Assembly: GCA_963664115.2 (NCBI GenBank) | Contig: CAXWPJ010000009.1 | Coordinates: forward strand, 704,001-768,000 | Reading direction: 5' to 3' | Length of the DNA stretch: 64,000 nt | From: Terriglobia bacterium | GTDB taxonomy: Bacteria; Acidobacteriota; Terriglobia; 20CM-2-55-15 | Shown here: piece by piece, positions 1 to 9,819 of the stretch | Layout: each line of letters begins with the position of its first letter | Numbering within the stretch: the stretch's first letter is position 1 | Program-made: the position numbers and the translations under genes | The notes under the pieces: model-generated | Database searches by the model: none | The model's input: the letters and a program-made list of their open reading frames with translations, nothing else | What the model was told of the DNA's origin: nothing

Positions 1-2
1 TC

Positions 3-773
3 TCTGCGGTGGATCGCTTCGTCGCTGTCAGCGAATACTGCCGGCGCTTCATGATGGAGTACCTCCAGATACCTGAGGAGCGCATCGGGGTGGTGCCCCT
101 CGGCATCAACTTGACGGGTTATCCCGACAGTCCAGCATCCAGGAACGACAACGCTGCTTTTCGTATCGGATATTTTGCCCGGGTGGCACCGGAAAAGGGT
201 TTGCATGTGCTGGCCGACGCCTATGTACGGTTACGGCAGCGGATTGGTGACGTTTCGATACGGTTGGAGGCTGCCGGCTACACAGCGCCGGCACACTCCG
301 GATACATGAACCAGATCCGCAATACCCTTGCCGAAGCCGGTTACGCGGACGAGTTTTCCTATCGGGGCGTGGTGGACCGCGAGGGAAAACTCGCTTTTCT
401 CCAGGAACTCGACGTCCTTTCAGTTCCGGCAACCTACGACGAACCGAAAGGCATGTTTCTGCTTGAAGCCATGGCGAACGGCATTCCGGTTGTTCAGCCT
501 CGCCGTGGCGCCTTTACCGAAATCATCGAGAAAACCGGGGGAGGTTTGTTGGTAGATGCCGACGATGCGGAAAGCCTGGCTGAAGGCTTGTGGCAGCTTT
601 GGAAGGATCGTGGACAGCGCGATGCTATCGGTCGACGGGCTTTTGAAGGCGTCCATCAACACTATTCTGTGCGGCACTCGGCAAGCCAACTGATCGAACT
701 ATACGACGAAGTGTTGAATAACTGGTCTGGAACAGACGCCCGGCCGAGAGCGGGTGCTACTCTTAGCGAATAA
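3..773 (+). CDS. Glycosyltransferase family 4 (GT-B), 5'-truncated by the window edge
   Basis: GYFARVAPEKG and EPKGMFLLEAMANGIPVV GT4 motifs; frame open to the window start. Confidence 0.85.
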   Translation, partial: SAVDRFVAVSEYCRRFMMEYLQIPEERIGVVPLGINLTGYPDSPASRNDNAAFRIGYFARVAPEKGLHVLADAYVRLRQRIGDVSIRLEAAGYTAPAHSGYMNQIRNTLAEAGYADEFSYRGVVDREGKLAFLQELDVLSVPATYDEPKGMFLLEAMANGIPVVQPRRGAFTEIIEKTGGGLLVDADDAESLAEGLWQLWKDRGQRDAIGRRAFEGVHQHYSVRHSASQLIELYDEVLNNWSGTDARPRAGATLSE

Positions 774-826
774 GGCTTTCCGATACAAGAAAGGGTCTCG
801 GCCTTGACCGGGGCTCTACAAAAACA

Positions 827-1513
827 TTGCTCAAAGTCTCACATCTAAACAAGCAATACTCGACCCCACGGGGCCCGCTCGTTGTCCTGTCCGATGTCAG
901 TCTGGCCCTTGAGCCCGGCGATGCAGCCGCGATCATGGGGCCATCGGGTAGTGGCAAGAGCTCCCTCCTTTACGTGCTTGGAGGTCTGGAGCCACCGTCG
1001 GCGGGAGGGGTGAGTCTGGATGGACAGGATCTGTTGCGAATGAGTCCTTCTGAACAGGCCAGTTTCCGCAACTCCCGGATCGGCTTCGTGTTCCAGGACC
1101 ACTGTCTGCTGCCCCAATGCTCCGTCATTGAGAATGTGCTTGTTCCAACTCTGGCGCTGCATGGGAAGCAAAGTGAAACGCCTCAAGACTTTACCCCCCA
1201 TGCGCGTTCACTTGTCGAACAGGTCGGATTGGGAGACCGTATCGACCACAGACCGGCCGAGTTGTCCGGCGGCGAACGGCAACGTGTCGCCATCGCCCGG
1301 GCACTGATCCGCCGACCCCGTTTGCTTCTGTGTGATGAACCCACTGGGAACCTCGACGAGGGGACGGCGGAGACGGTCGCATCGCTTCTGCTCGAACTTC
1401 ATCGGGTGCAGAAGAACATCCTGATCGCGGTCACGCATAGCGCTCGTCTTGCCGCCCAGTTTCCGATACGTTTTGAGCTTGCGCAGCAGCGCTTGCGTCG
1501 GGTTGAATCGTAG
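827..1513 (+). CDS. ABC transporter ATP-binding protein (LolD/MacB-like)
   Basis: Walker [17 protein letters not shown] signature, [12 protein letters not shown] Walker B. Confidence 0.92.
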   Translation: MLKVSHLNKQYSTPRGPLVVLSDVSLALEPGDAAAIMGPSGSGKSSLLYVLGGLEPPSAGGVSLDGQDLLRMSPSEQASFRNSRIGFVFQDHCLLPQCSVIENVLVPTLALHGKQSETPQDFTPHARSLVEQVGLGDRIDHRPAELSGGERQRVAIARALIRRPRLLLCDEPTGNLDEGTAETVASLLLELHRVQKNILIAVTHSARLAAQFPIRFELAQQRLRRVES

Positions 1514-1563
1514 GTATCTGAAAATTCACCGAGGAAAACGACTCCACCGGCATACTTACCATC

Positions 1564-4500
1564 ATGTCTAAGCCCATCACACTGCCGCGTCTCGTCATTC
1601 AAAGCCTGACCTTCTATTGGCGGACGAACGTGGCAGTGGTCCTGGGAATCGCCGCGGCCGTTGCCGTTCTCGCCGGCGCCCTGCTCGTAGGTGACTCGGT
1701 GCGCGGCAGCCTCCGGGACCTTGTTCTCTTGAGAATTGGAAACACCGATCAAATCGTCATGTCGACGGACTTCTTCAGGGAGACGCTAGCCACAGATCTT
1801 GGTTCCCATCCCGATTTCGTCGGGAATTTCGACGATGTCTCTCCGATCGTTCTGGCCGAAGGGCTTGTCACGACTCAAACCGGAAGCGGGCGCGTGAATC
1901 AGGTTCGTGTCTACGGTGTCGATGACCGGTTCTGGCGGTTTCACGGTGTCGAGGAGATCAGCGGCCCCGAGGGCCGACAAGCACTCCTCAGCCCCGCTTT
2001 GGCCGAAGCACTGGGGGCGGAACCCGGGGCAACGATCCTGGTCCGAGTTCAGCGACCGTCTGAGATTCCCCTGGAATCAATCCACGGCAACAAGGAAGAC
2101 CTGGGCCGCACGATCCGAGCGAATATGGCGGCTGTGGTCCCTCGTGAAACACTCGGCGAGTTTTCCCTCGAAGCGGCTCAAGGGGAGGTTTACGCGGTCT
2201 TTCTTCCTCTGCGATTGCTCCAGCAGGACCTCGACATCGACCGCCAGGTCAACCTGCTGCTCGTGTCCTCAAGCTTGGATGACGGAGATCTGGCGACCGC
2301 GACGCTCGAGGAGATCGTTCGAAGCGAAGCCGAACTGGGCGATCTGGGTTTGAGCCTCCGATTACTGGAACCACCCGGGGCAATGATCCTCGAGGGTTCC
2401 GGGGGGCTGATCAGCGATGACAAGGAACGTATCGCCCTTGAAGCCGGGGCTGACCTCAACCTGGAAGCCCGCCCGATGTTCACCTATCTCGTCAACAGTC
2501 TCGGAAACGATCGAACCGAAATTCCGTACTCACTGGTCACCGCTACCGACCTTGCAGCGTTGGTCGGGACAGACGATACGTTCACTGCATCCGACATGGA
2601 TCCGATTGTCCTCAGCGACTGGGCAGCGAACGACCTGGGGGTTTCCACCGGCGACCGCCTGTCGATGGAGTACTACGTCTGGGAGGATCCTGGGCAATTG
2701 GTCACTCGCACCGCAGACTTCGAAGTTGCAGCAGTGGTTCCCGTCGACACGGGAGACCGGGCCATGGCGCCCAATTATCCGGGCATCACCGATTCGGCGT
2801 CCGTTGGCGATTGGGACCCGCCGTTCCCGATTGATCTGGGTCGAATTCGTCCTGTTGACGAAGAGTATTGGGATCTTTACCGGACCACACCCAAGGCATT
2901 CATATCTCTCGAAGTCGGCCGCGAGCTCTGGCGGTCCCGATACGGTTCGATCTCGTCCATTCGCTTTACTCCGAACCCGGACCCGGTAGACGCGGCCGCC
3001 CTCGAGGAGACGGTGGCCAACTACGCAGAACGTTTGGCAACGGACCTGGATGCGCTCGGTATCGGCTTGGCAGTCCGTTCGGTGCGATCTGAAAGTATCG
3101 AGGCTTCGCGTGGTGCCACGAACTTTAGTGAGTATTTCGTGTACTTCAGTTTCTTCCTCGTCGTATCGGCGCTTCTGCTGGCGGCTTTGTTCTTCAAGTT
3201 GAGCGTCGAACAGAGGGGACGGGAGCTTGGGTTACTGCGATCGGTCGGTTTTACGCCTCGAATGCTTCGACGCCTGTTTCTGATCGAAGGCCTGGTACTG
3301 TCCTCATTGGGTGCGGTGATCGGCGTGTGGGGTGGGTTGGGATACGCGTGGCTCCTGGTACGCGCGCTGGGCACCTGGTGGGTCGATGCCGTAGGGACCA
3401 CCGCAGTCAGCCTTCATGTTTCGAACCTATCTCTCGCTGCCGGTGCGGTAGGCGGCATCGGTGCGGCCATGGTGTGCATTTGGGCCACTCTCCGCGGCCT
3501 CGGATCGGTGTCCGAACGTCGTCTGCTGGCCGGACAACTGGCCGATGAAGGCGTGGGCGGAACTCGGGGTCGAAACCGCCTGGCACGCGTGGGTTGGATT
3601 GCGTTGGGCGGTGCAGGTGTTCTCCTCATAGCGGGTGCAGGCACCGGTTTCGTCGAGCGGGCTGCTGGGTTTTTCGGTGCAGGCATGGCGTTTCTGGCTG
3701 CCAGCCTGTGCTACCTGGTGGTCCGGTTTCGTCGTCCGGCGGAAAAGATGCTGGAGGGGCAGGGCTGGTGGCCGGTTTCCCGCTTGGGCCTTAGAAACGT
3801 CACATACAGGCCAACACGCAGTGTCACCGCGATTGGCATGATCGCTTCAGCTACATTCATTCTGATCTCAGTCGATGCTTTCCGCAGAGACGCGATCACG
3901 AACGTCGGTCCGACTTCCGGATTGGGGGGTTACACCGTAGTCGTCGAGTCGCTGCTGCCTCTCATACAGGATCCAGCCAGCTTCGAAGGTCAGGCCCAAC
4001 TCGGACTGGAGGGCTTCGATGCGGTCGCCGTAGAGCCTTTCCGCGTCCGGCCGGGCGACGATGCCAGTTGTCTGAACCTATACGAACCGACGAACCCCCG
4101 AATCGTCGCTCCCAGCAACGCGTTTATCGAACGGGGTCGTTTCGCGTTCCTGGATTCCCAGCCTTCGACCGAGGCGGAACGCGCAAACCCGTGGCAGATA
4201 CTCCATCGGGTCGAACCCGACGGTGCGATCCCGGTGATCGCCGACGCGAACTCCATGACCTACGTCCTGCATCGGGAACTCGGTGAGGAGATCATCATCA
4301 CCCAGGGAGACCGCGCGATTCGACTTCGACTTGTGGCGGCGTTGGACGACAGCATATTCCAGGGAGAGCTCCTCATGTCGGAAGAGAATTTCCTGGAGCT
4401 GTTTCCCGAACACGACGGCTATCGTCTCCTGCTTGTGGAGACGGAGCCGGAACGCGAGAGCGAAGCGGTGTCGTCGATTGAAGACGCGCTGGTGGATTTC

Positions 4501-4938
4501 GGTGGATCCGCAACGGGAACCGCCGACCGCCTTGCCCAGTTCCACCGGGTCGAGAACACTTACCTGTCAACTTTCCAGATGCTCGGCGGATTGGGTCTGT
4601 TGCTCGGGACGATCGGTCTGGGTGCAGTGCTGTTACGAAACGTATTAGAGCGTCGACGGGAACTGGCTTTGATGCGCGCCCTTGGCTACCAGCAGTGGGA
4701 TTTTCTGTTGATGTCGATGGCCGAAAGCCTTGCGCTGCTGGTTGCGGGCCTCCTGACCGGCGCAGCCTCGGCGTTCCTCGCCACAGCTCCCGTGGTTTGG
4801 GATCGGGGGGGGCAACTTCCAGGTACGCTTGTTCTCGGATTACTGGGCGGCGTTTTGGTTGTCGGCTTGGTCGCATCGCTGACCGCGACCGCCGCGGCCC
4901 TCAGGTCACCATTGTTACCAGCACTTCGAGAAGAGTGA
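1564..4938 (+). CDS. ABC transporter permease, duplicated FtsX/MacB type
   Basis: 1124 aa, two TM clusters, VEQRGRELGLLRSVG and LERRRELALMRALG FtsX motifs. Confidence 0.88.
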   Translation: MSKPITLPRLVIQSLTFYWRTNVAVVLGIAAAVAVLAGALLVGDSVRGSLRDLVLLRIGNTDQIVMSTDFFRETLATDLGSHPDFVGNFDDVSPIVLAEGLVTTQTGSGRVNQVRVYGVDDRFWRFHGVEEISGPEGRQALLSPALAEALGAEPGATILVRVQRPSEIPLESIHGNKEDLGRTIRANMAAVVPRETLGEFSLEAAQGEVYAVFLPLRLLQQDLDIDRQVNLLLVSSSLDDGDLATATLEEIVRSEAELGDLGLSLRLLEPPGAMILEGSGGLISDDKERIALEAGADLNLEARPMFTYLVNSLGNDRTEIPYSLVTATDLAALVGTDDTFTASDMDPIVLSDWAANDLGVSTGDRLSMEYYVWEDPGQLVTRTADFEVAAVVPVDTGDRAMAPNYPGITDSASVGDWDPPFPIDLGRIRPVDEEYWDLYRTTPKAFISLEVGRELWRSRYGSISSIRFTPNPDPVDAAALEETVANYAERLATDLDALGIGLAVRSVRSESIEASRGATNFSEYFVYFSFFLVVSALLLAALFFKLSVEQRGRELGLLRSVGFTPRMLRRLFLIEGLVLSSLGAVIGVWGGLGYAWLLVRALGTWWVDAVGTTAVSLHVSNLSLAAGAVGGIGAAMVCIWATLRGLGSVSERRLLAGQLADEGVGGTRGRNRLARVGWIALGGAGVLLIAGAGTGFVERAAGFFGAGMAFLAASLCYLVVRFRRPAEKMLEGQGWWPVSRLGLRNVTYRPTRSVTAIGMIASATFILISVDAFRRDAITNVGPTSGLGGYTVVVESLLPLIQDPASFEGQAQLGLEGFDAVAVEPFRVRPGDDASCLNLYEPTNPRIVAPSNAFIERGRFAFLDSQPSTEAERANPWQILHRVEPDGAIPVIADANSMTYVLHRELGEEIIITQGDRAIRLRLVAALDDSIFQGELLMSEENFLELFPEHDGYRLLLVETEPERESEAVSSIEDALVDFGGSATGTADRLAQFHRVENTYLSTFQMLGGLGLLLGTIGLGAVLLRNVLERRRELALMRALGYQQWDFLLMSMAESLALLVAGLLTGAASAFLATAPVVWDRGGQLPGTLVLGLLGGVLVVGLVASLTATAAALRSPLLPALREE

Positions 4939-4939
4939 G

Positions 4940-6310
4940 TTGAGGCTGCGGATGAAAAAGATCAGGAACATCAACCCGAAGAGGCTGTGGGCAGTCGGGG
5001 CAAGTGTCGCTACGGCTTTGCTTGTGACTGTGGCGCTGGGCGGCGGCACGCGTTCGGTGGAAACAGTGGTGTCCCAACAGGCGCTGAACGAGTCCTCCGA
5101 ACCGGGACGGGATGGAGCAATTCGAATGGTTCCCGTCGAGGGCGAAGGGGTGGGATACTGGCCACGCTGGCGCGGACCCTCGGGTCAGGGGCGCGTCGAT
5201 GGCAGCGGTTACCCGGATACCTGGTCGGAGTCCGAAAACGTCCTGTGGAAAACCCCCGTACCGGGGAACGGAAACTCGTCACCCGTGGTGTGGGATGACA
5301 GCATTTTTCTCACGACGGCCGATAACGGCGGCCAACGGCTATCCCTTCTGGCCTACAGCCGGTCCGATGGCGCGCTGCTCTGGGAGAGCTTCGCTCCCGA
5401 GGGGAGATCGGAGCGGGTCCATCAGAAGAACGGTCACGCCTCGGCGACGCCGACGACGGACGGTGAACGCATATATGTCTCCTTCGGCGCCCGTGGATTG
5501 ATGGCCTTCAGTATGGACGGCGACCTGATGTGGAGTCAGGATGTCGGCCAAATCAGCAACTATCACGGAGCAGCCGGTTCACCTCTGGTCTATAAGGACA
5601 AAATCATTATCTTTCAGGATCACTCCGCCGGTTCGTTCGTTGCTGCGTACGACACCCGAACAGGCGAAGAGTTGTGGCGAACTCCGCGGCGAGCGAGCGT
5701 GGGCTGGGGTTCACCGATCGCCGTTCACGTTGACGATCATGACGAGATCATCGTCCACAGCCAGAGACGGGTTCAAGCATATGATCCGGACACCGGACTG
5801 GAGCTATGGTGGTGCAACGGAAACACCTTCGAAGTGATTCCAACGCCGGTGGTCGGTTACGGAATGCTCTTCTGTTCCTCCGGACGCGCGGGTCCGACGA
5901 TGGCGATCCGTCCCGGCGGCGAAGGCGACGTCACCGACAGCCATCTCGTCTGGTCGAGTCCAAGGGGATCGCCATTTGTTCCGTCTCCAATTCTGTACGG
6001 TGACCAGATCTACATGGTCAACGACATGGCGAGCATTGCGACGTCTTTCGATGCGAGAACGGGAGAAACGATGTGGCAGGGACGACTCGGTGTGGCCCGG
6101 CGAGAGGGCTTTTCCGCTTCACCGGTGGCTGTGGACGGCAAGGTGTTCTTCACCAACGATAACGGCGAGACCTTTGTGAGTCGCGCCGGCACAGAATTTG
6201 AAGTGCTGCATGTAAACGACATCGGTGAGCGCACTCTGGCGTCGCCGGCGCTCGTGGATGGAAAATGGTACATCCGCACCGAGCAGAGTTTAATCGCTAT
6301 TGGCGAGTGA
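4940..6310 (+). CDS. PQQ-binding-like beta-propeller protein (BamB-like family)
   Basis: WPRWRGP N-terminal motif, repeated A-x-D-xxTG-xxxW blades. Confidence 0.85.
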   Translation: MRLRMKKIRNINPKRLWAVGASVATALLVTVALGGGTRSVETVVSQQALNESSEPGRDGAIRMVPVEGEGVGYWPRWRGPSGQGRVDGSGYPDTWSESENVLWKTPVPGNGNSSPVVWDDSIFLTTADNGGQRLSLLAYSRSDGALLWESFAPEGRSERVHQKNGHASATPTTDGERIYVSFGARGLMAFSMDGDLMWSQDVGQISNYHGAAGSPLVYKDKIIIFQDHSAGSFVAAYDTRTGEELWRTPRRASVGWGSPIAVHVDDHDEIIVHSQRRVQAYDPDTGLELWWCNGNTFEVIPTPVVGYGMLFCSSGRAGPTMAIRPGGEGDVTDSHLVWSSPRGSPFVPSPILYGDQIYMVNDMASIATSFDARTGETMWQGRLGVARREGFSASPVAVDGKVFFTNDNGETFVSRAGTEFEVLHVNDIGERTLASPALVDGKWYIRTEQSLIAIGE

Positions 6311-6442
6311 AAGAGTTAACCCGCATCCCTCTACTTTTGGAATTACTACTGACGTGTGAACCCACAACTTGAAGGCAGAGCGATGAACCGATGGCCCTAC
6401 CTAAGATTCAACGAAAGCTTTTCGGTTCACGCTTGTCTCTTC

Positions 6443-6488
6443 GCACTCCTGCATAGTGCCTGCCATGCTTGACCCACTCCGTTTGAAC
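6443..6488 (+). repeat. IS91/ISCR oriIS-proximal sequence, copy A, truncated at GTTTGAAC by the last attC
   Basis: 41/46 nt identical to 13027-13072, including a perfect 24-mer ATGCTTGACCCACTCCGTTTGAAC. Confidence 0.75.
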
Positions 6489-6580
6489 GGCACAGCGTTC
6501 AGCCGCAAACGGCGCAACATCCTGTTTCAGTTGCAACGAATCGCCGCGCGCCGTTTGGAGGCTGCAACGTTTTGTTAGGG
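6482..6580 (-). mobile_element. attC site (terminal site of array 1, ORF6N cassette)
   Basis: R'' CCCTAAC, L'' TTGCAGCC, L' GGCTGAA, R' GTTCAAA; imperfect palindrome; R'' complements the cassette-start GTTAGGG. Confidence 0.85.
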
Positions 6581-7108
6581 CTCATCTTTGGCAAAACCGA
6601 TTTGTCGTTTCTTCGGTAAGGCTTCTGGGCTCGCCAGTTGCCTGATCGCCTTGACCAACGCAACAATCTGACCGTCATGGTCGGTCAGCCGCCTCTCAAG
6701 TTGATTCAGTCGCCGAGCCAATTCTTTGTCTTGTCCGACTATTTGACGGAGCTTCACGAATGCCCGTATCACGAACACGCTCATCTCAACGGCCCGGCGG
6801 CTATTCAAGACGCTGGCTGCCATGAGAGCTCCGTGTTCGGTAAAAACGTACGGCAGCGCTTTGGAGAACTTGAGCTTCTCCAGGTGGTCGCAGTTTGCGA
6901 CCACCTCGGACTTTTCAGAGTGCGTCAGCTGAAAAACAAAGTCCGTCGGAAACCGATCTTTGTTCCGCTTGACCTGCTCATTCAATCTCTTCGTGGAAAC
7001 CCCATAGAATCCCGCCAGACCGGCGTCTATTACGACCTTTTCTCCGCGAATCAAGAGAATCTTATTCTCGATTTGACTGCTGCGGATCGCTGGCTTGACT
7101 GAATCCAT
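6575..7108 (-). CDS. ORF6N (KilA-N-like) DNA-binding domain protein, gene cassette
   Basis: IRGEKVVID..LA.FYGV.TKRLNEQVKRN..RFP.DF.FQLT and PYVFTEHGALM motifs; stop codon inside R''. Confidence 0.85.
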   Translation of the reverse strand: MDSVKPAIRSSQIENKILLIRGEKVVIDAGLAGFYGVSTKRLNEQVKRNKDRFPTDFVFQLTHSEKSEVVANCDHLEKLKFSKALPYVFTEHGALMAASVLNSRRAVEMSVFVIRAFVKLRQIVGQDKELARRLNQLERRLTDHDGQIVALVKAIRQLASPEALPKKRQIGFAKDEP

Positions 7109-7172
7109 CCAGCCTTCAGTCTAACGACAGTTCCGGCCGGAAGTGGTCGCATTTTGCGGCCTGCCTTTGTAG

Positions 7173-7266
7173 CCCTAACGGCTCACGATTGAGCTGCAGC
7201 GGCTGCAACCGCTTTTAACAATCTGCCCATACCGCAGCCGCTGCCAGCTCCAATCGGTTGTTAGGC
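7173..7266 (-). mobile_element. attC site
   Basis: GCCTAAC-aaccga-TTGGAGCTG...CAGCTCAA-tcgtgagcc-GTTAGGG. Confidence 0.9.
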
Positions 7267-7267
7267 G

Positions 7268-7945
7268 TCAATAATCCTTTGTCAGGCGCTGCTCTCGATG
7301 GAACAGTTCGTGGCAATCTCGACAGAGGGCGATCAAATCCTTGAAGTATTCGTCGCCGCGCCGCTCGTAGGTTCGATGATGAACGTCGAGTAGAGTATCG
7401 GCAGCATTGCAGATTTGACATCGAAATCCTGCGCTTTTCAGATGACGTGCTCTGCGTTCTTTCCATTCAGGACTCTGTAGATACTCGCGATATGACATGG
7501 TGCGTAGTTCGTGTAAGCGCACTGAAACTTGTCGGTTACGAACCTCCCACTCCTCGCGAGATTTCTGTTGAAGCGCCGTCGAGCAATCTTCGCAAGTCGG
7601 CCTCCCTCTTCGTAGCTCTGTACGGCTTGTGACCGGGACGGACCGCCCACACCGGTTACAAGGAAAGTCGGCCGTGATTGAACCGACCGTCCTCCGTAGC
7701 TCGTACTCATTAGTTCCGAGGAGATCCTTGGCGATTGCCTTCGCGGAAAGTCTAGGCTGGGTCCAATAGAGGTAACGAGCGGCCTCCATTCGCTCAGTCT
7801 CTGAAGGTAACTCCGACGCGATCTTTGATGGGATGTCGCGCAGCCGGTTGCGAAGCTGCTCGATGCCGTCAGTCATCTGGGCGATATCCTCAAGAATAGC
7901 TTCAAGTTCATCGATGGCACGACAAGCTGGCCTCGTAATTGTCAT
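7268..7945 (-). CDS. HNH endonuclease family protein with zinc-binding motifs, gene cassette
   Basis: YLQSPEWKERR...CQIC...LDVHHRTY...LCRDCHELFH; ATG lies 7 nt after the core site GTTATGC (the longer track ORF reads through attC). Confidence 0.8.
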   Translation of the reverse strand: MTITRPACRAIDELEAILEDIAQMTDGIEQLRNRLRDIPSKIASELPSETERMEAARYLYWTQPRLSAKAIAKDLLGTNEYELRRTVGSITADFPCNRCGRSVPVTSRTELRRGRPTCEDCSTALQQKSREEWEVRNRQVSVRLHELRTMSYREYLQSPEWKERRARHLKSAGFRCQICNAADTLLDVHHRTYERRGDEYFKDLIALCRDCHELFHREQRLTKDY

Positions 7946-7952
7946 CTTGTAC

Positions 7953-8018
7953 GCATAACGGTTTGGGCATGAGCCGCGGCGCGTCTTCTGCGCCGTCGGC
8001 TCCATGCCCGTGTTAGGC
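7953..8018 (-). mobile_element. attC site
   Basis: GCCTAAC-acgggc-ATGGAGCCG...CGGCTCAT-gcccaaacc-GTTATGC, 66 bp. Confidence 0.9.
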
Positions 8019-8075
8019 GGCTGGCATCCCTCTCCACGGTCGCCCACAGTTGCTGGGTCACAGCCCTGTCTGTAG

Positions 8076-8942
8076 CTACTCACGACGAAATGCCTCTGCG
8101 AAAGGCGTGAAGTTGTCTGGACCGTAACCGGCCGAGAAAATTGCGAAGGCGACTACGGCAAAGTCTGCCGCACGCGCGGTGATCTCCTCCCAATAGACCT
8201 GTGCGAAGCGATGAGCGGGATTCCGAAAAGCACCACATCCGAATGCGCCGAGAACAACATGGCGAATCCGTTGATCGCGTAACGTGTCTAGTTGTGCCGC
8301 GACTCTCCTCCGAGCGTCATTTGGATCGAAATCGGAACCGTCACGAAGATCTTGAGCTGCCGCGCGAAGTTCGAAAAACGGGAACACTTGGTCCTCTAAT
8401 AGCCAACTATACCCGAGGTCTGCTCTCGATCGATCCTCAGGCCCGCGAATGCAGACGCGCGGGCTTTGTGCATCCAAGTAGACGACGCCGTGTTCAGCCG
8501 AGAGCAGCCTCGTCATCTCGGCGTGGTAGCGATCTAGCCCACGGTCATACTCTTCTTCACCGATCCGATGGTGGCAGTCGGTGCGGCGGAACATGTTCTC
8601 CTCTTGGGCCACCGCGCCCTCGACGTACGCGCCACCAGGCACGTATGCGTTCGCCATGTTGAGAACGGCGAAACACACTCCGTGCGTGCTTGTCAGCGAG
8701 CGGGTGACCTCACCCCAATCCCCTGGAAACACGTCGACGCGAAGCTCTGACTCGGAGGCACCGCTCGTGGCTTGCCAGCGGTCAAGGTTTTCCTTTGCGA
8801 GGCGATGATAGTGATCGGAAGGATCGGATCGGTCGAATGCCGCGATCGTCTCGCGCCGAACCTGGCGCCTGCGCGAGCAGTCGGCGCCACCGAACCCTCG
8901 GTTTATCGCCTCCTCTTCAGAACACAGACGCCGTCCGGTCAT
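8076..8942 (-). CDS. Microbial-type poly(ADP-ribose) glycohydrolase-like macrodomain protein (TIGR02452-like), gene cassette
   Basis: LNMANAYVPGGAYVEGAVAQEENMFRRT (GG-x-QEE catalytic loop) and VLGAFGCGAFRNP. Confidence 0.8.
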   Translation of the reverse strand: MTGRRLCSEEEAINRGFGGADCSRRRQVRRETIAAFDRSDPSDHYHRLAKENLDRWQATSGASESELRVDVFPGDWGEVTRSLTSTHGVCFAVLNMANAYVPGGAYVEGAVAQEENMFRRTDCHHRIGEEEYDRGLDRYHAEMTRLLSAEHGVVYLDAQSPRVCIRGPEDRSRADLGYSWLLEDQVFPFFELRAAAQDLRDGSDFDPNDARRRVAAQLDTLRDQRIRHVVLGAFGCGAFRNPAHRFAQVYWEEITARAADFAVVAFAIFSAGYGPDNFTPFAEAFRRE

Positions 8943-8952
8943 GAGTCTGCCC

Positions 8953-8971
8953 GCCTAACTCATAATTAGCC
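8953..8971 (-). mobile_element. Truncated 19-bp attC/attI hybrid site
   Basis: GGCTAA-T-TATGA-GTTAGGC: R'' remnant joined to an attI-type 5-bp spacer and R box; no stem-loop. Confidence 0.7.
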
Positions 8972-9700
8972 AGCCTTAGGGAACCACTCGTCACTATGCA
9001 ATTCGAAGTACTCAGCCAGTTCGGTGAAAAATGCCCGCGCTGCCTGACAGTATTCCTCAAAGACACCTTCTTGAATGTAGAGGCCCTCTCCTGCGAGAGG
9101 GGAACCTAAGGGTACCCGAGGGCTCCATGCTTCCGGAAATAATAGCTCATCAAAACCGGGGTACCGAAACAGCTCCGGACGTTGGCGGTGCAGCTTCATC
9201 GCTGAAGATCCCTCACCATGTTTGACCGAATTTGCCACAAGGCGCAGTTCTTCGATTGGAGCCCAGGTTCTAAAGTCTCTTAGATCGATTCCGAAGTGGC
9301 GCTTATACCAGTCCGCGACAACCGACAGCTTTGTATCAGTTGGCTGGGGCACACGGAAGGATCCATCGCTACACGTATCCTTCAGCTGCTGCTCGACTAG
9401 GTGGAAGAGCCCTGCCGCGTAAATGCCGATGCTCGAATAGCGCAACGCGAACATCGTCTGATACCAGCCTATTCCGGCGTCTTGGGCCTCCTCCGCAACT
9501 GCTCCCATATCCACGTCGCCGTCTTCTGGAGCCGGCTGTCCAAGAAGCTTCTCCCACTCTCTCTGCGCGACTTCTTCCGCTCTCGCTTCAAGGTCCTTGA
9601 ATGCTGGAAGAACCGTGTCGCAAACACATTCTCCATACATCGCTATGAACTCGAGAGGTGTCCGCACTCTCATCGCCATGTAACTGCCTTGAACGGGCAT
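8966..9700 (-). CDS. Hypothetical protein with HEPN-like RxxxNxxKH motif, gene cassette
   Basis: Helical protein with E(QQL) and IEELRLVANSVKHG; starts just after the GTTAGCC core site. Confidence 0.6.
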   Translation of the reverse strand: MPVQGSYMAMRVRTPLEFIAMYGECVCDTVLPAFKDLEARAEEVAQREWEKLLGQPAPEDGDVDMGAVAEEAQDAGIGWYQTMFALRYSSIGIYAAGLFHLVEQQLKDTCSDGSFRVPQPTDTKLSVVADWYKRHFGIDLRDFRTWAPIEELRLVANSVKHGEGSSAMKLHRQRPELFRYPGFDELLFPEAWSPRVPLGSPLAGEGLYIQEGVFEEYCQAARAFFTELAEYFELHSDEWFPKAG

Positions 9701-9723
9701 GGTTCCATACCCCGAAAACGTCT

Positions 9724-9819
9724 GGCTAACGGCTCGGCGTTCAGCCGCGCCGAGGCGAGCGTCTTTTGCGAGCCGAGGGAACCGCCGAAGGCGGCGTCGG
9801 CTGCAACGCCTTGTTCGGC
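9724..9819 (-). mobile_element. attC site (first cassette of array 1)
   Basis: GCCGAAC-aaggcg-TTGCAGCCG...CGGCTGAA-cgccgagcc-GTTAGCC; R'' complements GTTCGGC at attI. Confidence 0.9.

Noticed and set aside
7946-8083. N-terminal extensions of cassette ORFs in the track (also 38624-38956 and 39643-39765)
   Set aside because: They translate attC sequence (PNTGMEPT, NKWLHQ, SNKGVKQT); the real starts lie just after the GTT core sites.
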